Assembly: GCA_964405305.1 (NCBI GenBank)
Contig: CAYONL010000001.1
Coordinates: 6,167 to 51,757 of the forward strand
Origin: an uncultured Oscillospiraceae bacterium
GTDB lineage: Bacteria > Bacillota > Clostridia > Oscillospirales > Ruminococcaceae
Reading direction: 5' to 3'
DNA length: 45,591 nucleotides
Every line of letters begins with the position of its first letter. Position 1 is the stretch's first letter. Below, one piece after another: positions 1 to 8,586 of the stretch. Below the pieces are notes generated by a model that was not told the origin of the DNA, ran no database searches, and saw only the letters and a program-made list of their open reading frames with translations. Both the position numbers and the translations under genes were made by a program.

Positions 1-333
1 GATGATGCAGTTGACCACGATAAGCGGCAGGAACACGCCGAGCTGCTTATCCAGCGCCGGAGCAAAGGCCTGCACCAAAAACTGTACCATGGTGACGAAG
101 CCCGCTATGACAACTATGAAGCAGGGTATGCGCACCGTGTCCGGGATCACCTTTCTGAGCATGGAAATAGCTATGTTTGAGCATATGAGCACGATAGTGG
201 CCGCTATGCCCATACCTATCCCGTTTTCGACCATCGTTGTGACGGCTATCGTCGGGCAGGTGCCAAGCGCCAGCACCAAAACAGGGTTTTCTTTAATTAT
301 GCCGTTGGTGAGGGTCTTGATATTGCTGCTCAT
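1..333 (-). CDS. rnfE: RnfE (Rnf complex membrane subunit), 5' part only; the gene continues past the left edge
   Basis: My minus-strand translation from the ATG at 333 reads MSSNIKTLTNGIIKENPVLVLALGTCPTIAVTTMVENGIGMG..., a hydrophobic RnfE/NqrD-type N-terminus. The start overlaps the rnfG stop (ATGA). It is absent from the ORF track because no stop falls inside the window. The listed + ORF 2..358 is its antisense shadow. Confidence 0.8.
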   Translation of the reverse strand, partial: MSSNIKTLTNGIIKENPVLVLALGTCPTIAVTTMVENGIGMGIAATIVLICSNIAISMLRKVIPDTVRIPCFIVVIAGFVTMVQFLVQAFAPALDKQLGVFLPLIVVNCII

Positions 334-863
334 CAGCCCTCGCCTCCTTCCGTACTAGCGCCGTAAGCGTCCAAAGCTGTCTGCACGGCGTTCTTTATGG
401 CAGTGGAGGTTATGGTCGCGCCGGAAATAAGATCCGGCTCCGAAACCGTCATGCCCTTATACTGCTCAAGGTAGCCGGCGACCGTAGCCTTTGCGCCCAG
501 TCCGGGTGTCTCCCCATGCTCGGTAACCTTCACGCCGGTCACCGCGCCGGAACCATCCACACCTATCATCGTCTCCACCTTGCCGCCGTAACCCTTTACG
601 ACCACGGTGAACACAAACCCAGCGTCGTTACCGTCCTGCTTCGCGGCGTAGACGGCCGTAATGCTGTCACTGAGCAGCTTGCTGTCCTCCTGCCGCTCAA
701 ACACAACGTCGCCGGGAAACACCTCCGTGAGAGCCTCCTGTGTGGCGGCCTCCTTGGCGGCGTCTATATACGGCTTGGTGAACTGATAGGTAAACGCCAG
801 CAGACCGACAATAACAAAACAGATGACCGTCAAAACGATTATCGGCTTAGTGAAATTCTTCAT
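333..863 (-). CDS. rnfG: RnfG (FMN-binding subunit of the Rnf complex)
   Basis: 176 aa with an N-terminal TM helix (PIIVLTVICFVIVGLLAF). The FMN-binding region GYGGKVETMIGVDGSGAVTGVKVTEHGETPGLGAKA is typical of RnfG/NqrC. Overlaps both neighbours in rnfC-D-G-E order. Confidence 0.9.
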   Translation of the reverse strand: MKNFTKPIIVLTVICFVIVGLLAFTYQFTKPYIDAAKEAATQEALTEVFPGDVVFERQEDSKLLSDSITAVYAAKQDGNDAGFVFTVVVKGYGGKVETMIGVDGSGAVTGVKVTEHGETPGLGAKATVAGYLEQYKGMTVSEPDLISGATITSTAIKNAVQTALDAYGASTEGGEG

Positions 864-1825
864 TGCGCCGCGCCCCCCTTCTTTACAGGAGCCAGCGCTC
901 CAAAGGGATGCGTTTTCGTGTATCTGTCTATCAGCGGGGTGACGATGTTCATAAGCAGTATCGCAAAGGACACGCCCTCCGGATAGTTACCGTAAAACCT
1001 GATAAGAAACGTTATCAGCCCGCAGCCTATGGCAAATATCAGCTTTCCTTTGAAAGTGACAGGCGAGGTCACATAGTCCGTCGCCATAAATATAGCGCCC
1101 AGCACGAGGCCGCCGGTCAGCACCTGATACAGCGGGTCATACCCCACCGCGAAGGACAACACCGCCACCGTGCATATGTATGTAAGCGGAATAACGGGGC
1201 TTATCACCTTCATGGCGACCAGGAACACGCCGCCCAGCAGAAGCAGCAGCGCCGACACCTCGCCCAGCGAACCGCCCTTGAAGCCCAGCAGCAGCGGCAC
1301 ATAATCCGTGGACGCGCCCAGCAGCTTTTCCCCTGCCACAGCGAGAGGCGTAGCTCCGGCGACGAGCTCCACACCCGTTCCCGTAAGCTGCGGCACCACC
1401 CACTGCGTCATCGGTCCGGCAAAGGAGATGAGCAAAAATACACGGCCGGCGATAGCGGGGTTGACAAAGTTTTGGCCTATGCCGCCAAAGAACTGCTTTA
1501 TCACGATTATTGCGAACAGGCAGCCGACCAGCGCCATCCAAACCGGAAACGCGGGCGGCAGATTGTACGCCAGTAAAAGGCCCGTGACCACGGCCGAGAG
1601 GTCGCCCGTAGTGTCCGGCTGGTGGGTTATCTTCTCCCATAGCAGCTCAAACAGCGGGCACGCGATGGCGCAGGACGCTATCAACACCGCGGCGTTCAGC
1701 CCAAACACAACCACCGCAAATATACCGGCCGGCGCCAGCGCTATAAGCACCCGGAGCATTATTTTCCGAGTGCTGTCGCTTGACCGTATGTGAGGCGAGC
1801 TTGCAACAGAAAGCTGGCTTGCCAT
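860..1825 (-). CDS. rnfD: RnfD (polytopic membrane subunit of the Rnf complex)
   Basis: The track ORF 860..2032 is trimmed to Met70 (MASQLSVASSPHIRS...) at 1825, directly after the rnfC stop at 1828. The longer N-terminal extension would lie inside rnfC. Polytopic protein with the RnfD/NqrB-type motif FMATDYVTSP near the C-terminus. Confidence 0.88.
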   Translation of the reverse strand: MASQLSVASSPHIRSSDSTRKIMLRVLIALAPAGIFAVVVFGLNAAVLIASCAIACPLFELLWEKITHQPDTTGDLSAVVTGLLLAYNLPPAFPVWMALVGCLFAIIVIKQFFGGIGQNFVNPAIAGRVFLLISFAGPMTQWVVPQLTGTGVELVAGATPLAVAGEKLLGASTDYVPLLLGFKGGSLGEVSALLLLLGGVFLVAMKVISPVIPLTYICTVAVLSFAVGYDPLYQVLTGGLVLGAIFMATDYVTSPVTFKGKLIFAIGCGLITFLIRFYGNYPEGVSFAILLMNIVTPLIDRYTKTHPFGALAPVKKGGAAQ

Positions 1826-1827
1826 TC

Positions 1828-3129
1828 TTATTTTCCACCTTTCTGTTTGAGCAGAGCTTTGCCAAGGCGATTTGTCTGAACCAGAGGACGGCCCGCCGGG
1901 CACACATAGGCGCAACAGCCGCACTCCATACAAAGATTCACTTTGAGACTGGCTAGTTCGTCCACGTTCTCGTTTTGCACGGCGCGGTCTATGGCAGCCG
2001 GCATAAGGTCGAAGGGACAGGCCTCTACGCATCTGCCGCAGCGAATACAGGCGCTCTCTTTTTTCTCGCTGCGGCCTTTTTCGGTGAAGGCGAGAATGGC
2101 GTTGTTATTTTTGAGCACGGGGAAAGTGTCATCGTAGACGTCAATACCCATCATGGGGCCGCCCATGAGCATCTCCTTCGGCTCCTCTTTATATCCGCCG
2201 CAGAAATCAATAACATCGCCGTACGCCGCGCCAAGAGGCACGCGCACGTTTTTCGGCTCAACCACCGCGTCTCCGTCCACCGTAAGGCGCTTTGACACCA
2301 GCGGCATGCCGGTCTTGAAGTAGGTATCCAACGCTATCAGCGACGAGACGTTCATAACTATCACGCCCACATCCGCCGGAAGCCCGCCCTCGGGAACGAT
2401 CTTGCCCGTTGTTTCGTATATCAGAACTTTCTCGCCGCCCTTGGGGTATTTTGCCGGAAGGACGTAAAGCTCCATATCGCCGCGGCAAAGCGGCTTTAAC
2501 AGCTCTATGGCCTCTGGCTTGTTGTCCTCTATGCCTATGATGACCTTTTTAAGGCCCATCTCTTTTTTCACACGCTCGATGCCCGAAATGAGCGCGTCGG
2601 TATCCTCAAGTATGGCGCGCAGGTCGGCCGTTATATACGGCTCGCACTCCGCCGCGTTAACGATGAGCGTATCCACATCCGCCAGATTTTTCGGGTTCAG
2701 CTTGATGAACGTCGGGAACGCCGCGCCGCCCAGACCGACCAGGCCGGACGCGCGAACCGCCTTTATAAAGCCCTGAAAATCGCTGTACTCCGGAACCTTA
2801 ACCTCCTCTGAAACAGCCTGCTCTCCATCGCTTTCGATGGTTATGGCGGGACAGACGGAGCCGTTGGGGTTGCGGAAATCGCTGATGGCGGTGACCTTGC
2901 CGGAGACGCTGGCGTGGATCGGCACACTGAAGAACGCGTCTGAATCCGCTATCTTCTGCCCCACCTTGACCAGATCGCCCACCGCGACCATAGGAGTACA
3001 CGGCGCGCCGATGTGCTGCGACATGGGGATGACCACATGCGCCGGAACCGGCATGTCAACTGTTTTGCACGCGGAGGTGTGCTTGTTGTGCGGCACCTTT
3101 ACCCCGCTGAGATGCTTACCAAATCCCAT
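1828..3129 (-). CDS. rnfC: RnfC (NADH-binding / 2x[4Fe-4S] subunit of the Rnf complex)
   Basis: Start moved to the ATG at 3129 (MGFGKHLSGVKVPHNKH), which has GGGGAGG 7 nt upstream. Contains GLGGAAFPTFIK and two ferredoxin cluster motifs, CIRCGRCVEACP and CMECGCCAYVCP. Confidence 0.92.
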   Translation of the reverse strand: MGFGKHLSGVKVPHNKHTSACKTVDMPVPAHVVIPMSQHIGAPCTPMVAVGDLVKVGQKIADSDAFFSVPIHASVSGKVTAISDFRNPNGSVCPAITIESDGEQAVSEEVKVPEYSDFQGFIKAVRASGLVGLGGAAFPTFIKLNPKNLADVDTLIVNAAECEPYITADLRAILEDTDALISGIERVKKEMGLKKVIIGIEDNKPEAIELLKPLCRGDMELYVLPAKYPKGGEKVLIYETTGKIVPEGGLPADVGVIVMNVSSLIALDTYFKTGMPLVSKRLTVDGDAVVEPKNVRVPLGAAYGDVIDFCGGYKEEPKEMLMGGPMMGIDVYDDTFPVLKNNNAILAFTEKGRSEKKESACIRCGRCVEACPFDLMPAAIDRAVQNENVDELASLKVNLCMECGCCAYVCPAGRPLVQTNRLGKALLKQKGGK

Positions 3130-3235
3130 ATTTGAACCTCCCCTTTGAGCCTTTTTTACTTTTTTTGATACGCGCCTGTGACGATATGACAACAGCCGCA
3201 GCGCATTTTCAGCTCCGCACTGTTATTCATTATAT

Positions 3236-3264
3236 ATTATATATAGTAACGCCCAGCTTTTCAA
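3236..3264 (-). promoter_or_regulatory. Candidate sigma-70-type promoter of the rnf operon
   Basis: On the minus strand, TTGAAA (3264-3259), a 17-nt spacer, then TATAAT (3241-3236). It sits in an AT-rich intergenic stretch about 105 nt upstream of the rnfC ATG. Confidence 0.45.
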
Positions 3265-3366
3265 CATCTTCCGCTTTTTAAACTTATCTTTTTGCATCAT
3301 AAACATATTTAGAACCGCGGCCCGTTGCTTCGATGTGCAATAGCATCACCGGGCGCCTCCGCCTTG

Positions 3367-5481
3367 TCAGGCATATTGTTCTATCAGTTCCAGCAGTTCC
3401 CTTCGCCTGGAAAGCTCTCTTTCGGCCTCCTGCAGCTTTGTGCGCCGCTCGGCCGCTTCCTTTGTCCTCTCCTCCAGCGCCAGCGACGTAAATCTCGCCT
3501 CGGAGTTTTGCGCGCTCTCCCTGAAAATTCGGGCGCTGTTTTCAAACTGCCGCAAAATGCTGTCGGCAAGGCTGCCCATGGTCTCCTCGGCGTAGTGGCG
3601 GAAGTTTTCCTGCTCCCTTTCGGAGTGCAGCTTTGCGGGAAAATTCTTTTCCAGCGCGATGATATAGGGCACCGGGTCCACCTTTATTTTCGGTATGGTT
3701 ATCCGGCCCTTCGCAATGCGCACCCATTTTTCAAGGCTGCCCTCCTCCGCGGCAAGGCCGTTTTTCGCCCGGTCGTCGCTCACCGCCGCGGCTATCCTAT
3801 TGCCAAGCCTCGTTGTGTCCGCGAACGGCGAAAAAACGGCGTCGTGCAAAAGCTCCGCCTCGTTTGCCGCGCGCCTTATGCTTTCGGCCATCTCGCCCGG
3901 GTCCATATATGTGTAATCCCGCTGGCTGCTGGTGACCTCCACATGGCTCTTTCCCCAGGTCCACGGCTTATAGAACACGCTGTCGGACACCGTCTCACGG
4001 TTCGTCTCAATGGCCACGGCGCGCTTGGCGTGTACAGCCTCGTCCTCCTGCCCGCCGCGCAGACTCATGCCCGCAGCGGAGAGCCGTGTCGGTAGCTCCG
4101 CCATATATTCCGCATACGCCGCGCCCACCTGATCCCTCAGGGCGTTCGCCTGCTCCGATATCTCAAGAAGCGAGCTTTCAAGCTCCTCTCTGCGCCGCTT
4201 TATATCGCCCTCAATATCCTCCCGGACAGCGGCTTTCAGCTTTTCCAGCTCGCCCACAAGGTCGCTTTGCCCAACCACAGCCATAGCCGCGGCTTTACGC
4301 TCCAAAAGGCTGTCCTTGTCGTCCACCATGGCGGCAAAGATCTCCCTAACCCGGGCCATGTTCCCTATCTCGGACAGCTTTTCGGACGAAAGCTTGCCGC
4401 CGTACTCCAGCCTTTCGCGCACCACGCGCTCCTGTGCCGTATATTTTTCCGGCGGCTTTTTCGCAAGGTTGTCGGCCACGGCGGAAAAGAACACCGGCCG
4501 GCGGCACTGATCCACCACCTCCACCACATGCGGAGAACAACCTGACCGGCGCATATCCAGCTCCGCCGCGTCCATGTTTTTCTCTGCGTGCCCGGTAAGC
4601 TGGCGTTTGGCCAAAGCTATTGCGGCATCCACGTCCGCGCAGTCGTATATGAGATCCATTATGGCGCTGTCAAACTGGCTTGCCATCAGCACCAGCCGGC
4701 GCACGCCCTTTTGCGGCAGCGACGAGGTCAGCAGCTCCATATCGTTCCTGTCCAGAAAGTAGCTGGCCCTTGACAGGAAAAAGGCCGCGTCGCAGGTCTC
4801 TATAAACTCCCTTGTCCGCTGTGTCCGGGAAGGGATGGGGTCGTTAAGTCCCGGCGTGTCCACCACCGATATGTCGCGCAGCGGCTCCAAAGCAAGCTTC
4901 AGCGTGGCGGCCTTCACCAGCGGGGTGTAATAGCCGTTTTCGCCCACATAGTCGTTGAGCCTGCCCATCAGCTCGGCCACGGAGCCGAACCTGTTCACCT
5001 CGGCGCCCTTAAAAATAAGCTCCTGCACCGGAAGGCCGCCGCTCTCCGCCTGTATTACCGTCTCTGTGGCGGCACGGGCGCGGTCGCTGTTCTCTCTTGA
5101 CGCGGCCAGCCGCTTTAGCCAAACCCAGTCCTCCGGCGAATAATATTCCACCTCTATGGCGTTTTCCGGCGCGTACTCTATGCGGGTGAGGGCGGCGGTC
5201 TTGGGCATGGCATCCTTGGGCAGGACCTCCTCTCCGCCAAAAAACAGAGTGTTTAGAAACGACGTTTTGCCCGCCTTTACCTGCCCTATCACGGCCACGT
5301 TGTATTTTCTGTCCTCCCGGAAAAAGTCCTCCACCTTGCGCCTGAAGCTGTCGCATATGGCGCGTATGGGCGCTATATCCGCGCAGTCAGAATACGGCGA
5401 CAGGGCGGCGCATATCTCGTCCTGATGCCCGCAAAAGCTCTCAAGCTGGCGAGAAAGCATCTCCGTCTTATAAAACGCCAT
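3367..5481 (-). CDS. Bacterial dynamin-like GTPase (second gene of the pair)
   Basis: 704 aa. P-loop GQVKAGKTSFLNTL, G3 motif VVDTPGLNDP and a G4-like ASQFD, followed by a long helical stalk-like C-terminal half. The ATG at 5481 has AAGGGGGAG 6 nt upstream and overlaps the upstream gene by 14 nt. Confidence 0.8.
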   Translation of the reverse strand: MAFYKTEMLSRQLESFCGHQDEICAALSPYSDCADIAPIRAICDSFRRKVEDFFREDRKYNVAVIGQVKAGKTSFLNTLFFGGEEVLPKDAMPKTAALTRIEYAPENAIEVEYYSPEDWVWLKRLAASRENSDRARAATETVIQAESGGLPVQELIFKGAEVNRFGSVAELMGRLNDYVGENGYYTPLVKAATLKLALEPLRDISVVDTPGLNDPIPSRTQRTREFIETCDAAFFLSRASYFLDRNDMELLTSSLPQKGVRRLVLMASQFDSAIMDLIYDCADVDAAIALAKRQLTGHAEKNMDAAELDMRRSGCSPHVVEVVDQCRRPVFFSAVADNLAKKPPEKYTAQERVVRERLEYGGKLSSEKLSEIGNMARVREIFAAMVDDKDSLLERKAAAMAVVGQSDLVGELEKLKAAVREDIEGDIKRRREELESSLLEISEQANALRDQVGAAYAEYMAELPTRLSAAGMSLRGGQEDEAVHAKRAVAIETNRETVSDSVFYKPWTWGKSHVEVTSSQRDYTYMDPGEMAESIRRAANEAELLHDAVFSPFADTTRLGNRIAAAVSDDRAKNGLAAEEGSLEKWVRIAKGRITIPKIKVDPVPYIIALEKNFPAKLHSEREQENFRHYAEETMGSLADSILRQFENSARIFRESAQNSEARFTSLALEERTKEAAERRTKLQEAERELSRRRELLELIEQYA

Positions 5482-7276
5482 CGTCGGCTCCCCCTTTCGC
5501 CGCGCAAAGCCCGCGTTTTATTATGCCCAACAAATTTATATCGGTCTCAAGCTCTATAAGGCGCGCCTCACGCTTGGAATCCTCCCGCGTCTTTTCCCGG
5601 CGTATGTCCTCCAGCGCACGCTGACGTACCGCTATGTCCTCCTCTATCGCGCGGGCCACGCAGTCATGTATATTCGCGGTCACCGCCGCTATGCCGTTTA
5701 TTATGCAGTTTTCCGCCAGACTGAGCAGCCCCGGCAAAACGTGGTGCAACAGCGACTCCTGCGCGGCGCTCTCCCTTGCCGCCCGCGTACCCTGAACCGG
5801 GACCATGGGCATGCTGTCAAACACCTGACGGGAGCCCAAAAACCTGTCCAGCACCGCCTTTGTCGCCGGGTCCAGCCCCTGAGGGCGCGGCGGGCGCTCG
5901 GCTCTCGGTGAAAGCGGTTTTCCCTCCTCCGGCCTTATCAGGCGATGACCGCCGTGTGTTCCGGGAACATGTATTTCCGGGTCTATGGTGAAGCGAACGC
6001 GCGGCTCCGGCTCCGGCGTCTCCGTTTTCTGCCCCTCCGGCGGGGAGTATATCGCCAAAAGCTCGTCTATCTTGGCCTTTGCCGCGCCGCAGACGACGCC
6101 GCCCGCCAGATCGGAATCCAGCATGACGGCCAGCGCCCGCAGATGTGAGACAAGGGCGGAGGTGAACTCACTGGGCACCCCCGCCGCCAGCACGCCAATT
6201 ATCAGCCTGTCGGCCTGGGGCCATGCCTCTGACCCGGAAAGCAGCGTTGACAGCAGGGCGGCCTTGCTCTCGCGCAGATTCACAAAGATCTGGCGGCGGA
6301 GGGCGGCGACGTCCCTGTCCTTTTCTTCGGCAAAACGGCGCTCCTCCCTGTCCACCGCGTCGGAAAGCAGCTCGCCCCGGCGCTGCAGCTGCTCGATGCG
6401 CCCCTGCAGCTCCGAGACCGGTATTTTTTCTCCGGCCAGCCGCTGGCGTATATATCCCTCGGCCTGACCGACGCTGTCCAAAAGTTTTTCGGTCAGCAGT
6501 CTTTCGCGCATACCGTCCGCCTGGGCCTCCAGCCTCATAAGCAGACCGCTTAACGGCGTCATATCCCGCTGTGCCTTCGCCTTTACGCAGTAGACGTCCA
6601 CGCCCTCTATGCCCAAAAGCTTTTCCGTCATCTCTTTAAGATACGCCGCGGCGGAAGCCACGTCCTCCGGCGGGACCTTGTCGCACTTGGAGAGCACCAC
6701 ATAGACCGGCATCTCGCGCAGCCCCAGCTCTGAAAGAAAGCCGGCGACGCTCTTTTTTACGACCGGCTCGTCCGCGCTGAACATAAGTATGTACGCAAGG
6801 CTGTTGTGCAGGTAGTCGCGCATGGCCCGGTCGTGCTCCGCTATTCCGGAGTCAAGCCCGGGCATATCCACCATCTTTACGCCCGAAAGCAGCTTTAAAA
6901 AATCGCTTTCCAGCTCCAGATGGAGCATGGTGACGCCGGAAAGATCCAGCGTTCTGTCGCGCAGCTCGTGCAGGCCAGCGCTTTGCACCGACCGGCCTCT
7001 GTACACCGTCATGGTGTTCTGGCCATACACTATCTCTGTAGGCACGGTGGTGTTCGCCGTTATGCTTGACGGCAGCAGGCTCATATCCAGCAGCGCGTTT
7101 ATGGCGGAGCTTTTTCCGGTGTTGAACGCGCCTATGAACGGAACGGTGACCCTGAAGCCGTCGTATTCGCGCAGGGCCTCCTCCAGCCGCGCGGTGCTTA
7201 TGCCGTATTTTTGCAGGATCGCCGCAGCCTCGGCCGCGCTCCTTCTGAACGCGCCCGCACCGTACTGCTCCCTCAT
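5468..7276 (-). CDS. Bacterial dynamin-like GTPase (first gene of the pair)
   Basis: P-loop GAFNTGKSSAINALL, G3 motif MVDMPGLDSG, G4 motif LSKCDK, and a coiled, Arg/Glu-rich C-terminal half. Start trimmed from the TTG at 7336 to the ATG at 7276 (MREQYGAG), which follows GGTGGTGAG and fits the candidate promoter at 7314-7342. Confidence 0.78.
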   Translation of the reverse strand: MREQYGAGAFRRSAAEAAAILQKYGISTARLEEALREYDGFRVTVPFIGAFNTGKSSAINALLDMSLLPSSITANTTVPTEIVYGQNTMTVYRGRSVQSAGLHELRDRTLDLSGVTMLHLELESDFLKLLSGVKMVDMPGLDSGIAEHDRAMRDYLHNSLAYILMFSADEPVVKKSVAGFLSELGLREMPVYVVLSKCDKVPPEDVASAAAYLKEMTEKLLGIEGVDVYCVKAKAQRDMTPLSGLLMRLEAQADGMRERLLTEKLLDSVGQAEGYIRQRLAGEKIPVSELQGRIEQLQRRGELLSDAVDREERRFAEEKDRDVAALRRQIFVNLRESKAALLSTLLSGSEAWPQADRLIIGVLAAGVPSEFTSALVSHLRALAVMLDSDLAGGVVCGAAKAKIDELLAIYSPPEGQKTETPEPEPRVRFTIDPEIHVPGTHGGHRLIRPEEGKPLSPRAERPPRPQGLDPATKAVLDRFLGSRQVFDSMPMVPVQGTRAARESAAQESLLHHVLPGLLSLAENCIINGIAAVTANIHDCVARAIEEDIAVRQRALEDIRREKTREDSKREARLIELETDINLLGIIKRGLCAAKGGADDGVL

Positions 7277-7313
7277 AATTCTCACCACCCCGCCGCTCAT
7301 AATCCATCCAATT

Positions 7314-7342
7314 ATTATACACGACAAACGGGTCAAATTCCA
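7314..7342 (-). promoter_or_regulatory. Candidate promoter for the dynamin-like gene pair
   Basis: On the minus strand, TATAAT (7319-7314) is immediately preceded by TG. A weak -35 TGGAAT (7342-7337) sits at 17-nt spacing. A better TTGACC is present but only 11 nt away. The predicted leader to ATG 7276 is about 30 nt. Confidence 0.3.
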
Positions 7343-7400
7343 TAGCTTTTTATGAATAGCCCTTTTGCATTTTGCCCCGCAAAACCGCCGCCGCGGGCAT

Positions 7401-7432
7401 AAAAAACGGGCCTCCGTAAAGCGCGGCGGCCC
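7401..7432 (-). terminator. Probable intrinsic terminator ending the CIS operon
   Basis: The minus-strand RNA reads GGGCCGCCGCGCUUUACGGAGGCCC followed by GUUUUUUAUG. It forms a 5-bp GC stem plus 3 further pairs across a 1x1 mismatch, then a U-run, starting 18 nt after the stop at 7450. Confidence 0.5.
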
Positions 7433-7449
7433 ATATCATCAAATCAAAT

Positions 7450-8568
7450 TCACCCGACCACTATATGGGAGCCCAGCATCACGCCATCCACCGTGGCGGC
7501 GGTAGGAGTTGACAGACAGCTGTTCACATCCAGATAGCAATAGGTGTCAGTATGGCTGCACCGGCGCAGATAGACCAGCCTGTGGCTCGTGCCTATCACG
7601 CTGTAGCTGTCTATCACCCTCTCCAGCGCCATCTCGTCTATCGGCAGGTCGCCCTGGCGGTCCGTCATATCCAGTATCACGCAAAAATCGTTGCTGGACT
7701 CGCCGTAAAGGCTTTCAATCAGGGCGCGCTGCGCCTGCGCCTGGGAAAAACGGCTCCACTGGAAATGCTCCACTATGCGCGGGCGCACGCCCGTCACCAG
7801 CTCCACGATATTTTCTAGCGCGTACCTTGTGCCCTTGCCCCCCTGATAGAGGTCGTTGTCGCGTATGAGCCGGCGAAGCTGGTCTATGGTATACACTCCG
7901 CCCGGGTTATCCAGCCCCAGCCAGTCCGCAAGATAGGCGACATTTTTGTCCGGCGTGGCCTCGTAGTCCAAAATCCGCGGTATCTCGTCTATCCTTTTCT
8001 CCTCGTCCAGATACATGGACTGGAAAATGGCTATGAACCTGTCGAAAAACTCGTCGTCCTGGTATATCTCCGGAAAATACTCGGTAAAGCTGTATTTCGG
8101 AAACTCCAGCCGTATACCGCGCAGTAAGCAGGAGCCCTCCCCGCTGGGATAGGCGCCCACAAATATCCAGAAATACCTGCCCTCAAGCTGGTGCAGCAGC
8201 ACATCCTTCTCGTTCACCATGCGCACGTGGGCAAGGCCCCGCAGCGTTTCGTTTTTCTTCGCCATGGGCACCGTGGGGTCGGCGAACCACCTGTCCAGCT
8301 CCACATCCCTGTCGTCTATGGTGGCGATCAGCGAATCCGTGGCGGCCACTATGACCTCCAGCTTCACGTTTGAAAAATCCCCGTTCACCACCAGCCGGTT
8401 ATAGGTGGAGCCCTCGTCAAAGGTGTCGAAGGCACGGGTGATGTACATGCCCGGTTTATATTCGTCCGCAAGGCCGAGCTCCATGGCGCTGTTCTCCGTA
8501 AAGCCCTCGTATATGCCCCTCTCCAGGGTGCGCTTGTAGAAATTAACATGCTTTAACGTCTGTTTCAA
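7450..8568 (-). CDS. CIS baseplate-periphery protein (P2 gpI-like 'phage tail protein' domain)
   Basis: 372 aa. TTG start with AAAGGAGG 8 nt upstream. The central motif EYFPEIYQDDEFFDRFIAIFQSMYLDEE matches, from memory, the TIGR02242-type phage tail protein domain that follows baseplate J genes in tail-like clusters. Last gene of the operon. Confidence 0.65.
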   Translation of the reverse strand: MKQTLKHVNFYKRTLERGIYEGFTENSAMELGLADEYKPGMYITRAFDTFDEGSTYNRLVVNGDFSNVKLEVIVAATDSLIATIDDRDVELDRWFADPTVPMAKKNETLRGLAHVRMVNEKDVLLHQLEGRYFWIFVGAYPSGEGSCLLRGIRLEFPKYSFTEYFPEIYQDDEFFDRFIAIFQSMYLDEEKRIDEIPRILDYEATPDKNVAYLADWLGLDNPGGVYTIDQLRRLIRDNDLYQGGKGTRYALENIVELVTGVRPRIVEHFQWSRFSQAQAQRALIESLYGESSNDFCVILDMTDRQGDLPIDEMALERVIDSYSVIGTSHRLVYLRRCSHTDTYCYLDVNSCLSTPTAATVDGVMLGSHIVVG

Positions 8569-8586
8569 CAGGAGCGCCTCCTTTCA

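Noticed and set aside
2-358. Plus-strand ORF of 118 aa at the left edge.
   Set aside because: It is antisense to a clear RnfE N-terminus that starts at 333 on the minus strand in ATGA overlap with rnfG.
1826-2032. N-terminal extension of the rnfD ORF by 69 codons; similarly 3130..3192 for rnfC, 7277..7336 for the dynamin gene, 42474..42503 for the ATPase and 43306..43326 for the first operon gene.
   Set aside because: The extensions overlap the upstream gene or lack an SD. In each case an internal ATG is preceded by a GGAGG-type SD and gives the expected N-terminus. The ORF track evidently also starts ORFs at GTG and TTG codons.
3193-3235. Imperfect inverted repeat in the predicted rnf leader (AACAG...CTGTT around GCGGAGC/GCGCUGC), considered as a possible riboswitch or attenuator.
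   Set aside because: The stem is short and mismatched. I recognise no known riboswitch consensus and there is no associated U-run. The evidence is insufficient.
3265-3366. Search for an intrinsic terminator after the second dynamin-like gene.
   Set aside because: Only a 5-bp GCCCG/CGGGC pairing with a 25-nt loop is present, and there is no U-tract. This is not convincing, and termination here remains undefined.
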